Shown piece by piece: positions 20,136-29,637 of a stretch of DNA of 64,000 bases (positions are counted from its first letter, which is position 1; every line of letters starts with the position of its first letter). Below the pieces are notes generated by a model, which was given only the letters and a program-made list of their open reading frames with translations, was not told the origin of the DNA and did no database searches. The translations under genes and the position numbers were made by a program. Origin of the DNA: Candidatus Kuenenia stuttgartensis (GTDB lineage Bacteria; Planctomycetota; Planctomycetia; Pirellulales; UBA1268); assembly GCA_945877135.1 (NCBI GenBank), contig CAMCQY010000004.1, positions 1,584 through 65,583 of the forward strand. The letters run 5' to 3'.

Positions 20136-21403
20136 GCCCCTGGCTGGGGCGAGTGCGCGGCACCCGCCGACGGCACCACGCTTGATGGGCGACGCTGCCC
20201 GGCAGCCGCGGCGAACGCATCGAGGTATTCGCGATACGCGTCGTGAGCAAAGTGCCGGCGAGCATATTCCTTGCCGCGTCGGCCCATGGCGTCGCGGGCC
20301 ACAGGATCGCCGAGGAGCGTCACGACGGCAGCAGCGATCGCGGCGGCACTGGGCTGCACGAGCAGCCCGCCGCCAGCCTCACCGATCGTCTCTTCGAGCG
20401 CCGGCTGTTCGATGGCCACCACAGGCTTTCCGTGGGCCCAAGCCTCGAAATAGACGAAGCCAAATGACTCGCCATCCGACGGCACGCACAGCAGGTCGCA
20501 GGCGGCCAGTGCATCGTGTTTCTCGGCCTCACTCGCGTCGTCGATATCGAGGACTTGATCTCCTCGGGGTATATGACACTTGCCGTCGGATGGTCCCATG
20601 AATACGACCGTCGCGTCCGAGACTCGGCGGCGAACGGCGGGCCAGGCATCCACCAGCCTCCGTACGCCCTTGGCCTCCGTCTTCCGGCCAAGAAAGAGCA
20701 CGAGCGGGCCGCGGATGCCATGCTTCACCCGGAACGCGGCCGCATCGCCGCCGTCGCGGAAGTTGCAACGGCAATGGATGCGATGAACTCGATCAGCAGC
20801 GACGCCCATCCGGCGGATGACCGCGGCCTCGCACTCGGAGTAGGCCAGCACGGCATCGGCCATACGGTAGAGCGCGGCGTCGATCCATCGGTCGCCCCAG
20901 CGGCCGATGTGAATTGCCGGCTCGATGGAAAATGTCGCCCCCGTCTCCCGCGCGGCAGTCTCGGCGGCGAAGCCAAGCATGTCGAGGCCCGTGCCGAGGT
21001 AGTGCACGGCATCGGCGCCCCGGCACTGCGCGGCGACCGCGGCACCCACCCCTCGCGCCTGGAGGCAACGGGCGAGCGGAAGCGTGGCAGGCGACTGCAT
21101 CGCCGCGTAGATTGCCGCACCCCCCAAGCCCGCGAACGGTAGCGGCGGCAAGATGCTCACGGGAATGCCGTCGCACTCGAAGTGTCGCTGCGTCTCTCGA
21201 CGCAGGAATCGACCGTGGAGTCCCGGACGGCTGGCGGCGAATCGCCCCACGATGCTCACATCATGACCATCGACACGAAGCTGCTGCGCCAGCCACAGGC
21301 AGATGTTTTCCAGGCCACCAACAAGCGGCGGCGTGAACGGTGAAACGAGGACGACTTTCACGGACTCAAGCCCAAAACGGTGCACCCGCCGGTTCCAGGA
21401 CAC
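20114..21403 (-). CDS. Glycosyltransferase family 4
   Basis: N-terminal segment VVLVSPFTPPLVGGLE and C-terminal segment CVPSDGESFGFVYFEAWAHGKPVVA. It is the first gene of a four-gene minus-strand operon and overlaps the next gene by 22 nt. Confidence 0.8.
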   Translation of the reverse strand: MSWNRRVHRFGLESVKVVLVSPFTPPLVGGLENICLWLAQQLRVDGHDVSIVGRFAASRPGLHGRFLRRETQRHFECDGIPVSILPPLPFAGLGGAAIYAAMQSPATLPLARCLQARGVGAAVAAQCRGADAVHYLGTGLDMLGFAAETAARETGATFSIEPAIHIGRWGDRWIDAALYRMADAVLAYSECEAAVIRRMGVAADRVHRIHCRCNFRDGGDAAAFRVKHGIRGPLVLFLGRKTEAKGVRRLVDAWPAVRRRVSDATVVFMGPSDGKCHIPRGDQVLDIDDASEAEKHDALAACDLLCVPSDGESFGFVYFEAWAHGKPVVAIEQPALEETIGEAGGGLLVQPSAAAIAAAVVTLLGDPVARDAMGRRGKEYARRHFAHDAYREYLDAFAAAAGQRRPSSVVPSAGAAHSPQPGAWSGDQR

Positions 21404-21786
21404 CGGCCCGATTCCAGAGTGTACCTAGCGGCCTGTCCTGCTCTCTTGGCCCCGGCCAGACTGGGCACTCATTTCCCTCGCAGCCCGGCGGAAAACAGGG
21501 CCTTTTTCCCGTGGGCCGGGGCCAGGTGCCATCGCAGCGAGGAATTCCCCGGGGTCGGATCCCCGTCGCGCTCACCCGCCGATGAATCGCAGCGGCTCAT
21601 CAAAGATGAAGAGATGGTCCTTCACGGACTCAACCGGCACGTGAAACTGCATTGCCGACAGTACGCGGGCAGGATCTCGTCCTCTTCGTCCATGCGATGT
21701 GGTACCACTTCCACGCGAGCGACATTCGTATGGCACTGGCCCGCCGGGCGTTCTGGTTGAGCAGAATCTACCCGGTTTGGGCTGAC

Positions 21787-22280
21787 TCGCTGAGCCTGTT
21801 CTGTATCGGCATCTACCGCTCCAATGCCGCCCTCTCCAAGCTTTGCGTGGATGGGCGTCATTGATCGGGCCTGCGTCCCTGCGGAACGACGCCTGGTGAT
21901 CACATTCGCCGTTGCCCGTGGCAGTCGACTGGAGCGGTTCCTGGACTTTGTCGTGTCCCCGTTCGATGTGGTCGGCCTGGCCCGGATCTCGAGCCAGCCG
22001 GAGCGGGACACTCTGCCAAACAAGGCTTCGAGCGGCTGATCGACGACGATCGGATGAAGATTTCCAAGGCAGGCCACAGTAGCTGGGCAGGGACAACTGT
22101 CATCGATGGGCTTCACGGACGGGTGTGAACCTGCGGACGTATTTGGAGCGGATCATCGGGAATGCCGGGCACACCCTATGGACGCGGCTCCCCCAGAACC
22201 TCCGGGCGTCGTGCTCGACGGACTGGGTTGAGAAGTATCCGTCCCACGTCGTTGCCAAGTGGCTGGGACACTCGCCGAAC
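21787..22280 (+). pseudogene. Tyrosine recombinase (phage-type integrase), frameshifted and 3'-truncated
   Basis: The best fragment is 22125-22280: NLRTYLERIIGNAGHTLWTRLPQNLRASCSTDWVEKYPSHVVAKWLGHSPN (box II R...H). It stops before the catalytic-Tyr segment. Upstream pieces sit in other frames (IGIYRSNAALSKL / AWMGVID box I-like; GTTVIDGLHGRV*). Confidence 0.55.
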
Positions 22281-22330
22281 CATGGATGGTCCTGCCGGGA
22301 GAGACTGCCCGCCTGGAGGGCGGGCCTACA

Positions 22331-22394
22331 AAGCAAGCAAGCCCGGGCCATGGATGGCCGGGCTTGCGTGAAATGGCGGGGACAGGAACCGAAC
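22331..22394 (-). repeat. Displaced partial copy of the tRNA-Met 3' end plus its terminator hairpin (att-like direct repeat, left copy)
   Basis: TGGCGGGGACAGGAACCGAAC at 22374-22394 matches TGGCGGGGACAGGATTCGAAC at 29392-29412 (19/21). The hairpin GCAAGCCCGGGCCATGGATGGCCGGGCTTGC at 22337-22367 parallels the one at 29351-29381. Confidence 0.6.
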
Positions 22395-23053
22395 AAACAC
22401 GGTTTCACTCGGGAAATCAGAGGGTCGAGTCCAAGTGCGACGCGAAATGCGACGCGATTTCGTCCGATCGCATCGAGTTGCTCGCCCGCGCGGTAGTCCT
22501 CGTGGCGGGCATGAGTATCCCGGAGGCAGCGAGGGAGGCAGTGTTGGTGCGGGTGATCGCCGATCTGACCAGTCCGACTATGCAGATTCCGGAATAGTCG
22601 AGCAGGGCAGGGCGACTGGAAATCATGCGCGAGTGTAGCGCCGACGAAGCCCGCGCGCTCCCCGTGATCGACATCCCCAGCCTCTGACGGCATTCCATGC
22701 CACGGTGCGGACGGCCCGCGAGAAGGGCGGTTTCAAGGCGGGCTCGAGCCGACGAGACAAATCCGGCCTTGAGCGTGGATAGGAAGCACCTCGGCGCCTC
22801 CACAATCGGGCCGCATCCAGCCCGATCAGCTCCGGCGGTTGCTCCTCATGATCCGCCCCGCTCGGCCGACGCTTGCCGAAGTGCCATTGGCCGACCTATC
22901 CCTAGGAACAACCGCCGCCGCATCGGTCAGTGGACGATTCCGCGGGCGATGGTTCGGAATCGGTGACAGTGACACGCGTCGTGTCGATGGACCTGTTGGT
23001 GTCCTGAATTATCGCTCGCGGCATCGTGGTGGCGGCGGTTCCACGGGGGAGTT

Positions 23054-26000
23054 ATGATGAATCCGGCCGCGGCAACGGAGCCGTCATTCATCCTTTCATC
23101 GGGACCGGTCCACCGGGCTACGCAGGAATTCTCGCTCGGCGCGGCTCTCGTCCCCCTGCCACGAACGACGAGCCACGTGCCCCCCCCGATTGCCGCCTCC
23201 ACATTTCGCTCCGTCCCCCTCCCGATCGACTGGTGGTGGCTCGACCGGAATGTCACCGAGGCCGACCGGCCGGCCCTTCTCGGCTCCGACGGCCAGATCC
23301 TGTCACGCGTGGAACTGGCGGCGGCCGTGCAGAACTGCGTGCAGTTCCTCGCGGAACACGGAATCCGCCAAGGTGATCGCCTAGCGCTTTCGATCGCACC
23401 AGGGCCCGCTCGTGCGGTAGCCCTCCTCGCGGGGATGGCCACGGCGACGGTCGCTCCGATCACGCAGACCGCGCCGCGAGAGATCGTTGAGGCAGACCTG
23501 GTCCGACTCCGGGTCACCAGAGTCGTGGTCGATGATCAGCCTGCTGCCGCCGTGGTGAAGGCTGCCGAAGCACTGCAACTGCCGCTTCTCTCCATGAATC
23601 CGTTCACGGTGCCAAGCCGCCAAGGCGTTCTGCCGCCGGCACCGGCCGCCGACGACGTGGCCCTCATGCTCCAGTCGTCCGGCACCACCTCGCGACCGAA
23701 GGTCGTGCCACTCACCCACGCCAACCTTCTCGCCGGCGCCCATGCCGTGGTCGAGACCCTCGCCCTGGATTCCGCGGATCGCGCGCTGGCCGCGATGCCG
23801 CTGTTCCACGTTCACGGCGTCGTGGCGACGCTGTTGGCTCCGTTGCTGGCTGGCGGCAGCGTGATCTGCTGCCGCGAACGCGCGGTCGAGGAACTCGTGG
23901 CGCACCTGACGAATCTGCGGCCCACCTGGTTCTCGGCATCCCCCCCGCTGCTCCTAGCCCTGCTCGAAGAGGTGCAGCGTGCCGGCGCGATTCCGCCCCC
24001 TCATCACCTTCGATTTATCCGCGCCGTCACCATGCCGCTCGGCTCCACCGCGAGACAGCGGCTCGAGTCGGTTTTTCAGGTGCCCGTCGTGGAGGTCTAC
24101 GGCATGACGGAGGCCTCGTCGCAGGTATGCAGCAGCCGTCTGCCCGGCCCCGGCGTGGTTCATCGTCCGGGTACCGTCGGCCTGCCGGCAGGCCCCGACG
24201 TCGCCGTACTCGCCGTCGACGGCGAGCATTGCCCTCCCGGCGTCGTCGGACAGGTTGTTATCCGCGGCCCCAGCGTCACGCCTGGCTACGAGGGGGAGGA
24301 GCACAGCGGCTGGCAACGCGACGCCCGCGGAGAGTCCTGGTTCATGACGGGCGACGAAGGGCAATTCGACGACCATGGCCACCTGACGCTGACGGGGCGG
24401 CTCAAGGAGATGATCAATCGGGGTGGGATGAAGGTGGTGCCCCTGCGAGTGGACGACGCGCTGAATCGCCACCCCGCCGTACGGGAGTCGGTCGCCTTCG
24501 CCATTCCTCATCCGACGCTCGGCGAGGATGTCGCGGCTGCGGTGGTGCTCCACGCGGGCGCCATGGCGGGCGAACAGGACCTGCGCGATCACCTGATCGC
24601 CGTGTTGTCCGCCCACGAGGTGCCGTCGAGGATCGTCTTCGTCGAGTCGCTGCCGCGCGGTCCCGGCGGGAAGCTGCAGCGAATCGGCCTGGCTAGTCGC
24701 CTCACCGACCACCTGCACCCGTCCGAATCACCTCCCTGTGGCCAGATGGAGCAGCTGGTCGCAGGCATATTCGCTTCGATCCTCGGCCTCGATCGCCCAG
24801 GCCGCGATGCCAATTTCTTTCAGCTGGGCGGTGATTCCCTTTCCAGCCTCGGTGCGATTCACCGTCTGGAACAGTCGCTCGGCATGGAGCTCAATGTTGG
24901 TCTCGTCTTTCTCAATCCGAGTGTCCGCGGGCTCGCGCACGCCCTCGACCTGCTGTTGGTGGATGCGGAATCGCGGGTACCAAACACCGCTCCGCTGTCG
25001 CCCGATGCGGAAAACGACCTGCCGCGTCGCATCGCCCGACTGCGGGAAGGTCTCGCCGCCCCTCCCGCGCTGGACATCCCCGTCGCGACCGCCCTGCCAG
25101 GCCCCCGGCCACCTGGCTGCGAGATCTATCCCGCCTCGTTTGGGCAGGCCCGCCTCTGGTTCCTGCACCAGTTGGAGCCGGGGCTCACCGCCTATCACAT
25201 GCCGGCACTGTGGCGACTGTGCGGAGCCCTCGATCGGTCGGCTCTGGAGCGGGCAGTGAATGCCCTGATCGACCGACATTCCACCCTGCGCACGTCGTTC
25301 CGCCTCCATGAGAACGTCGTGCAGCAGGTCATCCATCCCGCGTTCACGGTGCAGCTCGCTTCGGAAGGGCTCGAGGGTCGTGACGCAACTGCAGTGGCGA
25401 ACGAGTGGCTCCGGGAGGAGGGCTCCACGCCCTTCGACCTCGAATCGGCCGTGCAGCTGAGAGCACGTCTTCTGGAGGTCGGCCCCGACGAGCATCTCTT
25501 TCTGCTGAACCACCATCACATCGCCTCCGACGGCTGGTCCCGGAACGTGCTGTGCGAGGACCTGACCGCGCTCTACAACGCCGCACTGTCCGGCGAGCAG
25601 CCGAACCTCCCCGACCTTGGCGTGCGTTACCAGGACTACGCCGTCTGGCAACGCGGCCGTCTCCGCGGCGCCCGCACCACGAACCTTGTCGATTACTGGA
25701 TGCAACGCCTCGACGGAGTCGAGTCGCTCGCGTTGGCCGCGGATGCCAATCGCCCACCAGACGCCTGCCATGCGGGCGGATCAGTATCGTTTCGGATCGA
25801 ACGCTCGTTGCTTGCGCCGTTCGAGGAATTATGTCGGGCGGAGGGGGCCACGCTGCACATGGGGCTGCTCGCCGCCGTGGCGGTGGTGCTGCACCGTCAT
25901 ACGCAGCAGGAAGACTTCGCGATCGGGATTCCCATGTGGGGCCGCAACCATGCGCAGCTCGAGCACCTGATGGGGTTCTTCGTCAACACGCTGCCGATCC

Positions 26001-29000
26001 GCGTGCGTTTCGAGGGTCGGCAGAGCTTCCGGCAGCTGCTCGCGCAGGTCCGCGCGACCTCGATCGAAGCCTACGCCAATCAGGAGCTTCCCTTCGAGCA
26101 GATCGTCGCGTCGCAGAAGATCGCCCGAGACCCCGCCCGCAACCCGCTCGTGCAGGTGATGCTCCAGGTCGCCTCGATGCCACTGCCGTCGTTGCACGGC
26201 ATGCTGGGCCTGTCCGTGGAGCGACTGCCTGTTCCCCCGGGACGCGCGAGGTTCGACCTGGAGTTTTTCATCCGCCAGGACGAGGGACGGGGAATGCACG
26301 GCGAGTTGACCTACGATGCCGACCGGTTCGCCGGCGACGGCATCGAGCGGCTTGTCGGTCACCTGCTGACGCTGCTGACTTCGCTGCTCCGTGATCCCGA
26401 CGCCCCCACCTCCGGCCTGACTTTGCTCCCGGCCCCCGAGCGGCAACGGATCGCGGCTTGGCAATGCGGTGCAACCCGGGACGGCCCCCACGACGTCGTC
26501 CATCGGTTGTTCGAGCGGCAGGCCGCACGGACGCCCGACGCCGTGGCGTTGATCTGCGACGACCGGTCGCTCACCTACGCCGATCTCGATGCCCGGGCCA
26601 ACCGTCTCGCGCATCATCTCGTCGCGCATGGAGCAGGCTCCGACACACTGGTCGCGGTGTGCCTCGACCGCTCCGTTGAGCTGATGGTGTCGGTCCTGGC
26701 GATCCTCAAGTCGGGGGCGGCGTATCTGCCTCTCGACCCCGCTTGGCCCGCACTGCGCCGGCAGCGCGTGCTGGAGGCATCCGGCGCCGCGTTGCTGCTC
26801 ACCGACGAGGATCCCGCCGCCTTCTGCGGTGCGACGCACACCACGACCATCGATCCCACGAGGCTCGACTTGCGGTCGCACTCCGACGCCCCGCCCGTTC
26901 CCCAACGGGCATCCCCCGAGTCGCTGGCATACGTGCTCTATACGTCGGGCTCCACGGGGCGACCGAAGGGCGTCGCCATGCCGCACCGTCCGCTGGTCAA
27001 TCTGCTCGCCTGGCAGGCCACGCGTATGCCGGAAGCCGCCCGCACGCTCCAGTTCGCCAGCCTCGGATTCGACGTATCGTTCCAGGAGATCTTCTCGACC
27101 TGGCAATCCGGTGGAACGCTTGTGCTCGTCGCCGACAGGGTGCGGATCGATCCATCCGCCCTCCTGGCCATGATCGAACAGCGTGGCATCGAGCGGCTCT
27201 TCCTGCCGGTGGTGATGCTCGGGCATCTGGCGGATGCGGCGGAGGTGAGCGGGCGCGTTCCTGGTGGCCTGCGGCAGGTGATCGTCGCCGGCGAGCAGCT
27301 GAGGATCTCACCCTCCATCCGCCGATTCTTCGCCCGGCTCCCGGCCTGTCGGCTCTGGAATCACTATGGCCCGACCGAGACACACGTCGTCACGAGTTGC
27401 CTGCTGCCGCCCGACCCCACCGCCTGGCCAGAGCTCCCGCCGATCGGCCTGCCGATCGATAACACGCAGGTGTACGTGCTCGACCGGCACATGCAGCCAA
27501 TGCCGCAGGGCGTCGCCGGCGATCTTTGGATCGGCGGGGCTGCCGTGGCGCGGGGCTACTGGCGGCAGCCCGAACTGACCGCAGACCGGTTCATCCCAGA
27601 TCCGTTTCTCGACAGCCCGCACGCACTGCTCTATCGCACCGGGGATCGCGTCCGCTGGCGAGGCGACGGTCAACTCGATTTTCTCGGTCGCACCGACGAC
27701 CAAGTCAAGATTCGCGGCCAACGCGTTGAACTCGGCGAAGTCGAGGCCGTGCTTGTTACGCATCCCGGCGTGAGGAGCGCGGCTGTCGCGGTTTGTGGGG
27801 ATGCAGACACGCATCGAACGCTCGTCGCCTTCGTGACGTGCCTCCCGGGAGACGCTCCGCGGCCGGCCCACCTGCGGACGTGGCTGCGGTCGCTTCTTCC
27901 CGACGCGATGGTGCCCACGGACGTCCTGGTGCTTTCGGACCTCCCTCTTAATGCCAATGGCAAGATCGATCGCCGGGCGCTCGCGGATCTCGCCGCCCGA
28001 CGGCCGCGCATCATGGAGCCCATCGGTGTCGCCGGCGCGCCGCCCGATTCCACTGAACCGGACGAACTGCAGGACTCGACCAGATTGCCCACGCTTCTCG
28101 AGGCCGAAATCACTCAGATCTGGCAGCGGCTCTTCGAGTGTGATGCCATCGACCACACCGCCGACTTCTTCCAGTTGGGTGGAGACTCGCTGATGGCCGT
28201 GCAGATGGCGGTGGAACTGGAGCGGCTGCTGGGCCACCGCATCCCGATCGCCACCCTCTTCGAAGCCCCGACGATCCAATCGCTGGCACGAACGCTCGCC
28301 GATGAGTCCTGGATGCCTGGCTGGAAGTCTCTCGTGGCCCTCCACCCCGACGGTTCCCGACCGCCCCTCTTCGTCGTTCATGGCATGGGCGGCGACGTCT
28401 TCTACGCGTCGCGTCTGGCGAGGCTGCTCGGCCCGGACCAGCCGGTGTACGGTATACGCGCCGAGGAGACCGAAGGGGGTGAACTCCCAACCGGTGCCAT
28501 CGAGGCGCTGGCGAGCCGCTATGCCCGCGAGATCCGTGGTCTGCAGCCGGAAGGCCCGTACCATCTGGCGGGTTATTCGGCTGGTGGATGGTTCGCCTAT
28601 GCGGTCGCGACGCACCTTCAATGCCAGGGGCAGGCGGTGACCATTCTCATCTTCGACACGAATCCACACTGCGTGCTCCCCTGGCCCGCGAAAGCGTGGC
28701 AGATTCTGTACTTCGCCCTCCATTCGATCACCGGTCTCTCCTACCACACCCAGAAGATGTCCGACATGCGTGCAAGTGCATGGCCCGGGTACATCGTCTC
28801 CCGGGTCGAGCACGTCCTGCGCCGGAACCGAAACGAGCTTGTCGACACCGACGCGAGCGATCGTTTCACCCGCGGACTGGCCCGCTTCACTGCTCGCGTG
28901 ATCGATGCCCGCGTCGAGTTCTTCCAGGCGCGTGTCGCTTGGCTCCCAGGGCTTCAGGCGATTCCTCAGGCGAATGTCTGGCGTTCGCTGGTGCGCGGCC

Positions 29001-29104
29001 CCGTGAACGTCCATCCTCTTCGCTGCCGCCACTCCGAGATATTTTCTCAGGCGCACCTGCCGACCACGGCAGCGCTCGTGCGGCGCGTCCTGGGCGGGGC
29101 ATGA
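23054..29104 (+). CDS. Bimodular nonribosomal peptide synthetase: ANL-ligase(A)-T-C-A-T-TE
   Basis: Module 1: LQSSGTTSRPK (~23669), MPLFHVHGV, YGMTEAS, GDEG..GRLKEMINRGGMKV, and T domain FFQLGGDSL (~24828). C domain: HHHIASDGWS (~25511). Module 2: YTSGSTGRPKG (~26941), FDVSFQE, NHYGPTE, YRTGDRVRW..GRTDDQVKIRGQRVELGEVE, NGKIDR, and T domain FFQLGGDSL (~28178). TE domain: GYSAGG (~28571). Confidence 0.95.
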   Translation: MMNPAAATEPSFILSSGPVHRATQEFSLGAALVPLPRTTSHVPPPIAASTFRSVPLPIDWWWLDRNVTEADRPALLGSDGQILSRVELAAAVQNCVQFLAEHGIRQGDRLALSIAPGPARAVALLAGMATATVAPITQTAPREIVEADLVRLRVTRVVVDDQPAAAVVKAAEALQLPLLSMNPFTVPSRQGVLPPAPAADDVALMLQSSGTTSRPKVVPLTHANLLAGAHAVVETLALDSADRALAAMPLFHVHGVVATLLAPLLAGGSVICCRERAVEELVAHLTNLRPTWFSASPPLLLALLEEVQRAGAIPPPHHLRFIRAVTMPLGSTARQRLESVFQVPVVEVYGMTEASSQVCSSRLPGPGVVHRPGTVGLPAGPDVAVLAVDGEHCPPGVVGQVVIRGPSVTPGYEGEEHSGWQRDARGESWFMTGDEGQFDDHGHLTLTGRLKEMINRGGMKVVPLRVDDALNRHPAVRESVAFAIPHPTLGEDVAAAVVLHAGAMAGEQDLRDHLIAVLSAHEVPSRIVFVESLPRGPGGKLQRIGLASRLTDHLHPSESPPCGQMEQLVAGIFASILGLDRPGRDANFFQLGGDSLSSLGAIHRLEQSLGMELNVGLVFLNPSVRGLAHALDLLLVDAESRVPNTAPLSPDAENDLPRRIARLREGLAAPPALDIPVATALPGPRPPGCEIYPASFGQARLWFLHQLEPGLTAYHMPALWRLCGALDRSALERAVNALIDRHSTLRTSFRLHENVVQQVIHPAFTVQLASEGLEGRDATAVANEWLREEGSTPFDLESAVQLRARLLEVGPDEHLFLLNHHHIASDGWSRNVLCEDLTALYNAALSGEQPNLPDLGVRYQDYAVWQRGRLRGARTTNLVDYWMQRLDGVESLALAADANRPPDACHAGGSVSFRIERSLLAPFEELCRAEGATLHMGLLAAVAVVLHRHTQQEDFAIGIPMWGRNHAQLEHLMGFFVNTLPIRVRFEGRQSFRQLLAQVRATSIEAYANQELPFEQIVASQKIARDPARNPLVQVMLQVASMPLPSLHGMLGLSVERLPVPPGRARFDLEFFIRQDEGRGMHGELTYDADRFAGDGIERLVGHLLTLLTSLLRDPDAPTSGLTLLPAPERQRIAAWQCGATRDGPHDVVHRLFERQAARTPDAVALICDDRSLTYADLDARANRLAHHLVAHGAGSDTLVAVCLDRSVELMVSVLAILKSGAAYLPLDPAWPALRRQRVLEASGAALLLTDEDPAAFCGATHTTTIDPTRLDLRSHSDAPPVPQRASPESLAYVLYTSGSTGRPKGVAMPHRPLVNLLAWQATRMPEAARTLQFASLGFDVSFQEIFSTWQSGGTLVLVADRVRIDPSALLAMIEQRGIERLFLPVVMLGHLADAAEVSGRVPGGLRQVIVAGEQLRISPSIRRFFARLPACRLWNHYGPTETHVVTSCLLPPDPTAWPELPPIGLPIDNTQVYVLDRHMQPMPQGVAGDLWIGGAAVARGYWRQPELTADRFIPDPFLDSPHALLYRTGDRVRWRGDGQLDFLGRTDDQVKIRGQRVELGEVEAVLVTHPGVRSAAVAVCGDADTHRTLVAFVTCLPGDAPRPAHLRTWLRSLLPDAMVPTDVLVLSDLPLNANGKIDRRALADLAARRPRIMEPIGVAGAPPDSTEPDELQDSTRLPTLLEAEITQIWQRLFECDAIDHTADFFQLGGDSLMAVQMAVELERLLGHRIPIATLFEAPTIQSLARTLADESWMPGWKSLVALHPDGSRPPLFVVHGMGGDVFYASRLARLLGPDQPVYGIRAEETEGGELPTGAIEALASRYAREIRGLQPEGPYHLAGYSAGGWFAYAVATHLQCQGQAVTILIFDTNPHCVLPWPAKAWQILYFALHSITGLSYHTQKMSDMRASAWPGYIVSRVEHVLRRNRNELVDTDASDRFTRGLARFTARVIDARVEFFQARVAWLPGLQAIPQANVWRSLVRGPVNVHPLRCRHSEIFSQAHLPTTAALVRRVLGGA

Positions 29105-29149
29105 CCAGGGGCGGGGCACGTCACTCACGCTGCAAGACGCGTTGATGAT

Positions 29150-29222
29150 TGACCTGCCCCCATGAATGACGCCAGTTTTTAAGTTAGGGTTTTGCCCTCT
29201 GACGCTGCCACCGCTGAGGTTG
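29150..29222 (+). repeat. Two IS407-type terminal-repeat-like sequences (solo IS ends)
   Basis: TGACCTGCCCCCATGAATGACGCC at 29150 and TGACGCTGCCACCGCTGAGG at 29200 resemble the IS termini at 6597 and 7824 (TGACGCTGCCCCCA). No transposase gene is adjacent. Confidence 0.3.
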
Positions 29223-29341
29223 CGGCGGGTTCATCGGGAATTGCTTCAGTTACTGAAACTGGCCCGCGGCAGGATGCCGCGCAGAAAAGCCTGCAGGAGC
29301 CATAGATGGCCCTGCGGGCGTAACGCGGCACGACGCCGCGC

Positions 29342-29381
29342 AAAAAAACAGCCCGCCGGGGCCATGGATGGCCCGGCGGGC
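29342..29381 (-). terminator. Rho-independent terminator of tRNA-Met
   Basis: On the minus strand, a GC-rich hairpin (GCCCGCCGGGCCAT / ATGGCCCCGGCGGGC) is followed by TGTTTTTTT (plus-strand A7 at 29342-29348). A second similar hairpin plus T4 lies at 29289-29319. Confidence 0.7.
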
Positions 29382-29391
29382 GTGAAGAAAG

Positions 29392-29465
<74 letters not shown>

Positions 29466-29637
29466 ACATGTTTTTACGTGATCAGGCTCGGGGGGCGTGT
29501 CCGGAACAGACGATGACTTGTGCCAGCGGTCTGTTTCGGGATGTCTCTCCGACGTCTGAATCGGAATAATACCAACTCGGCACCAGGAAATGAAGCCCAG
29601 GTGCGAATGAATCGATCGTGCGGGCAGGTTTCTCCCC

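Noticed and set aside
22281-22367. Possible CRISPR-like or tandem array formed by the CCATGGATGG-centred hairpins
   Set aside because: Only two copies occur per locus. They are palindromic terminator-like hairpins of unequal sequence, with no regular spacers and no cas genes.
26900-27500. Reading a Stachelhaus specificity code for the second A domain by eye (FDVSFQE, VIVAGE, NHYGPTETHVVTS)
   Set aside because: I could place only the first few code positions with any confidence, and I could not align the 322/330/331 positions reliably without software. I make no substrate call.
23954-29128. Several 250-600 aa antisense ORFs inside the NRPS (23954..24718 -, 24728..25771 -, 25829..27226 -, 27308..29128 -)
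   Set aside because: The plus-strand frame contains an uninterrupted, ordered set of NRPS core motifs. The antisense ORFs have no motifs and are GC-driven artefacts.
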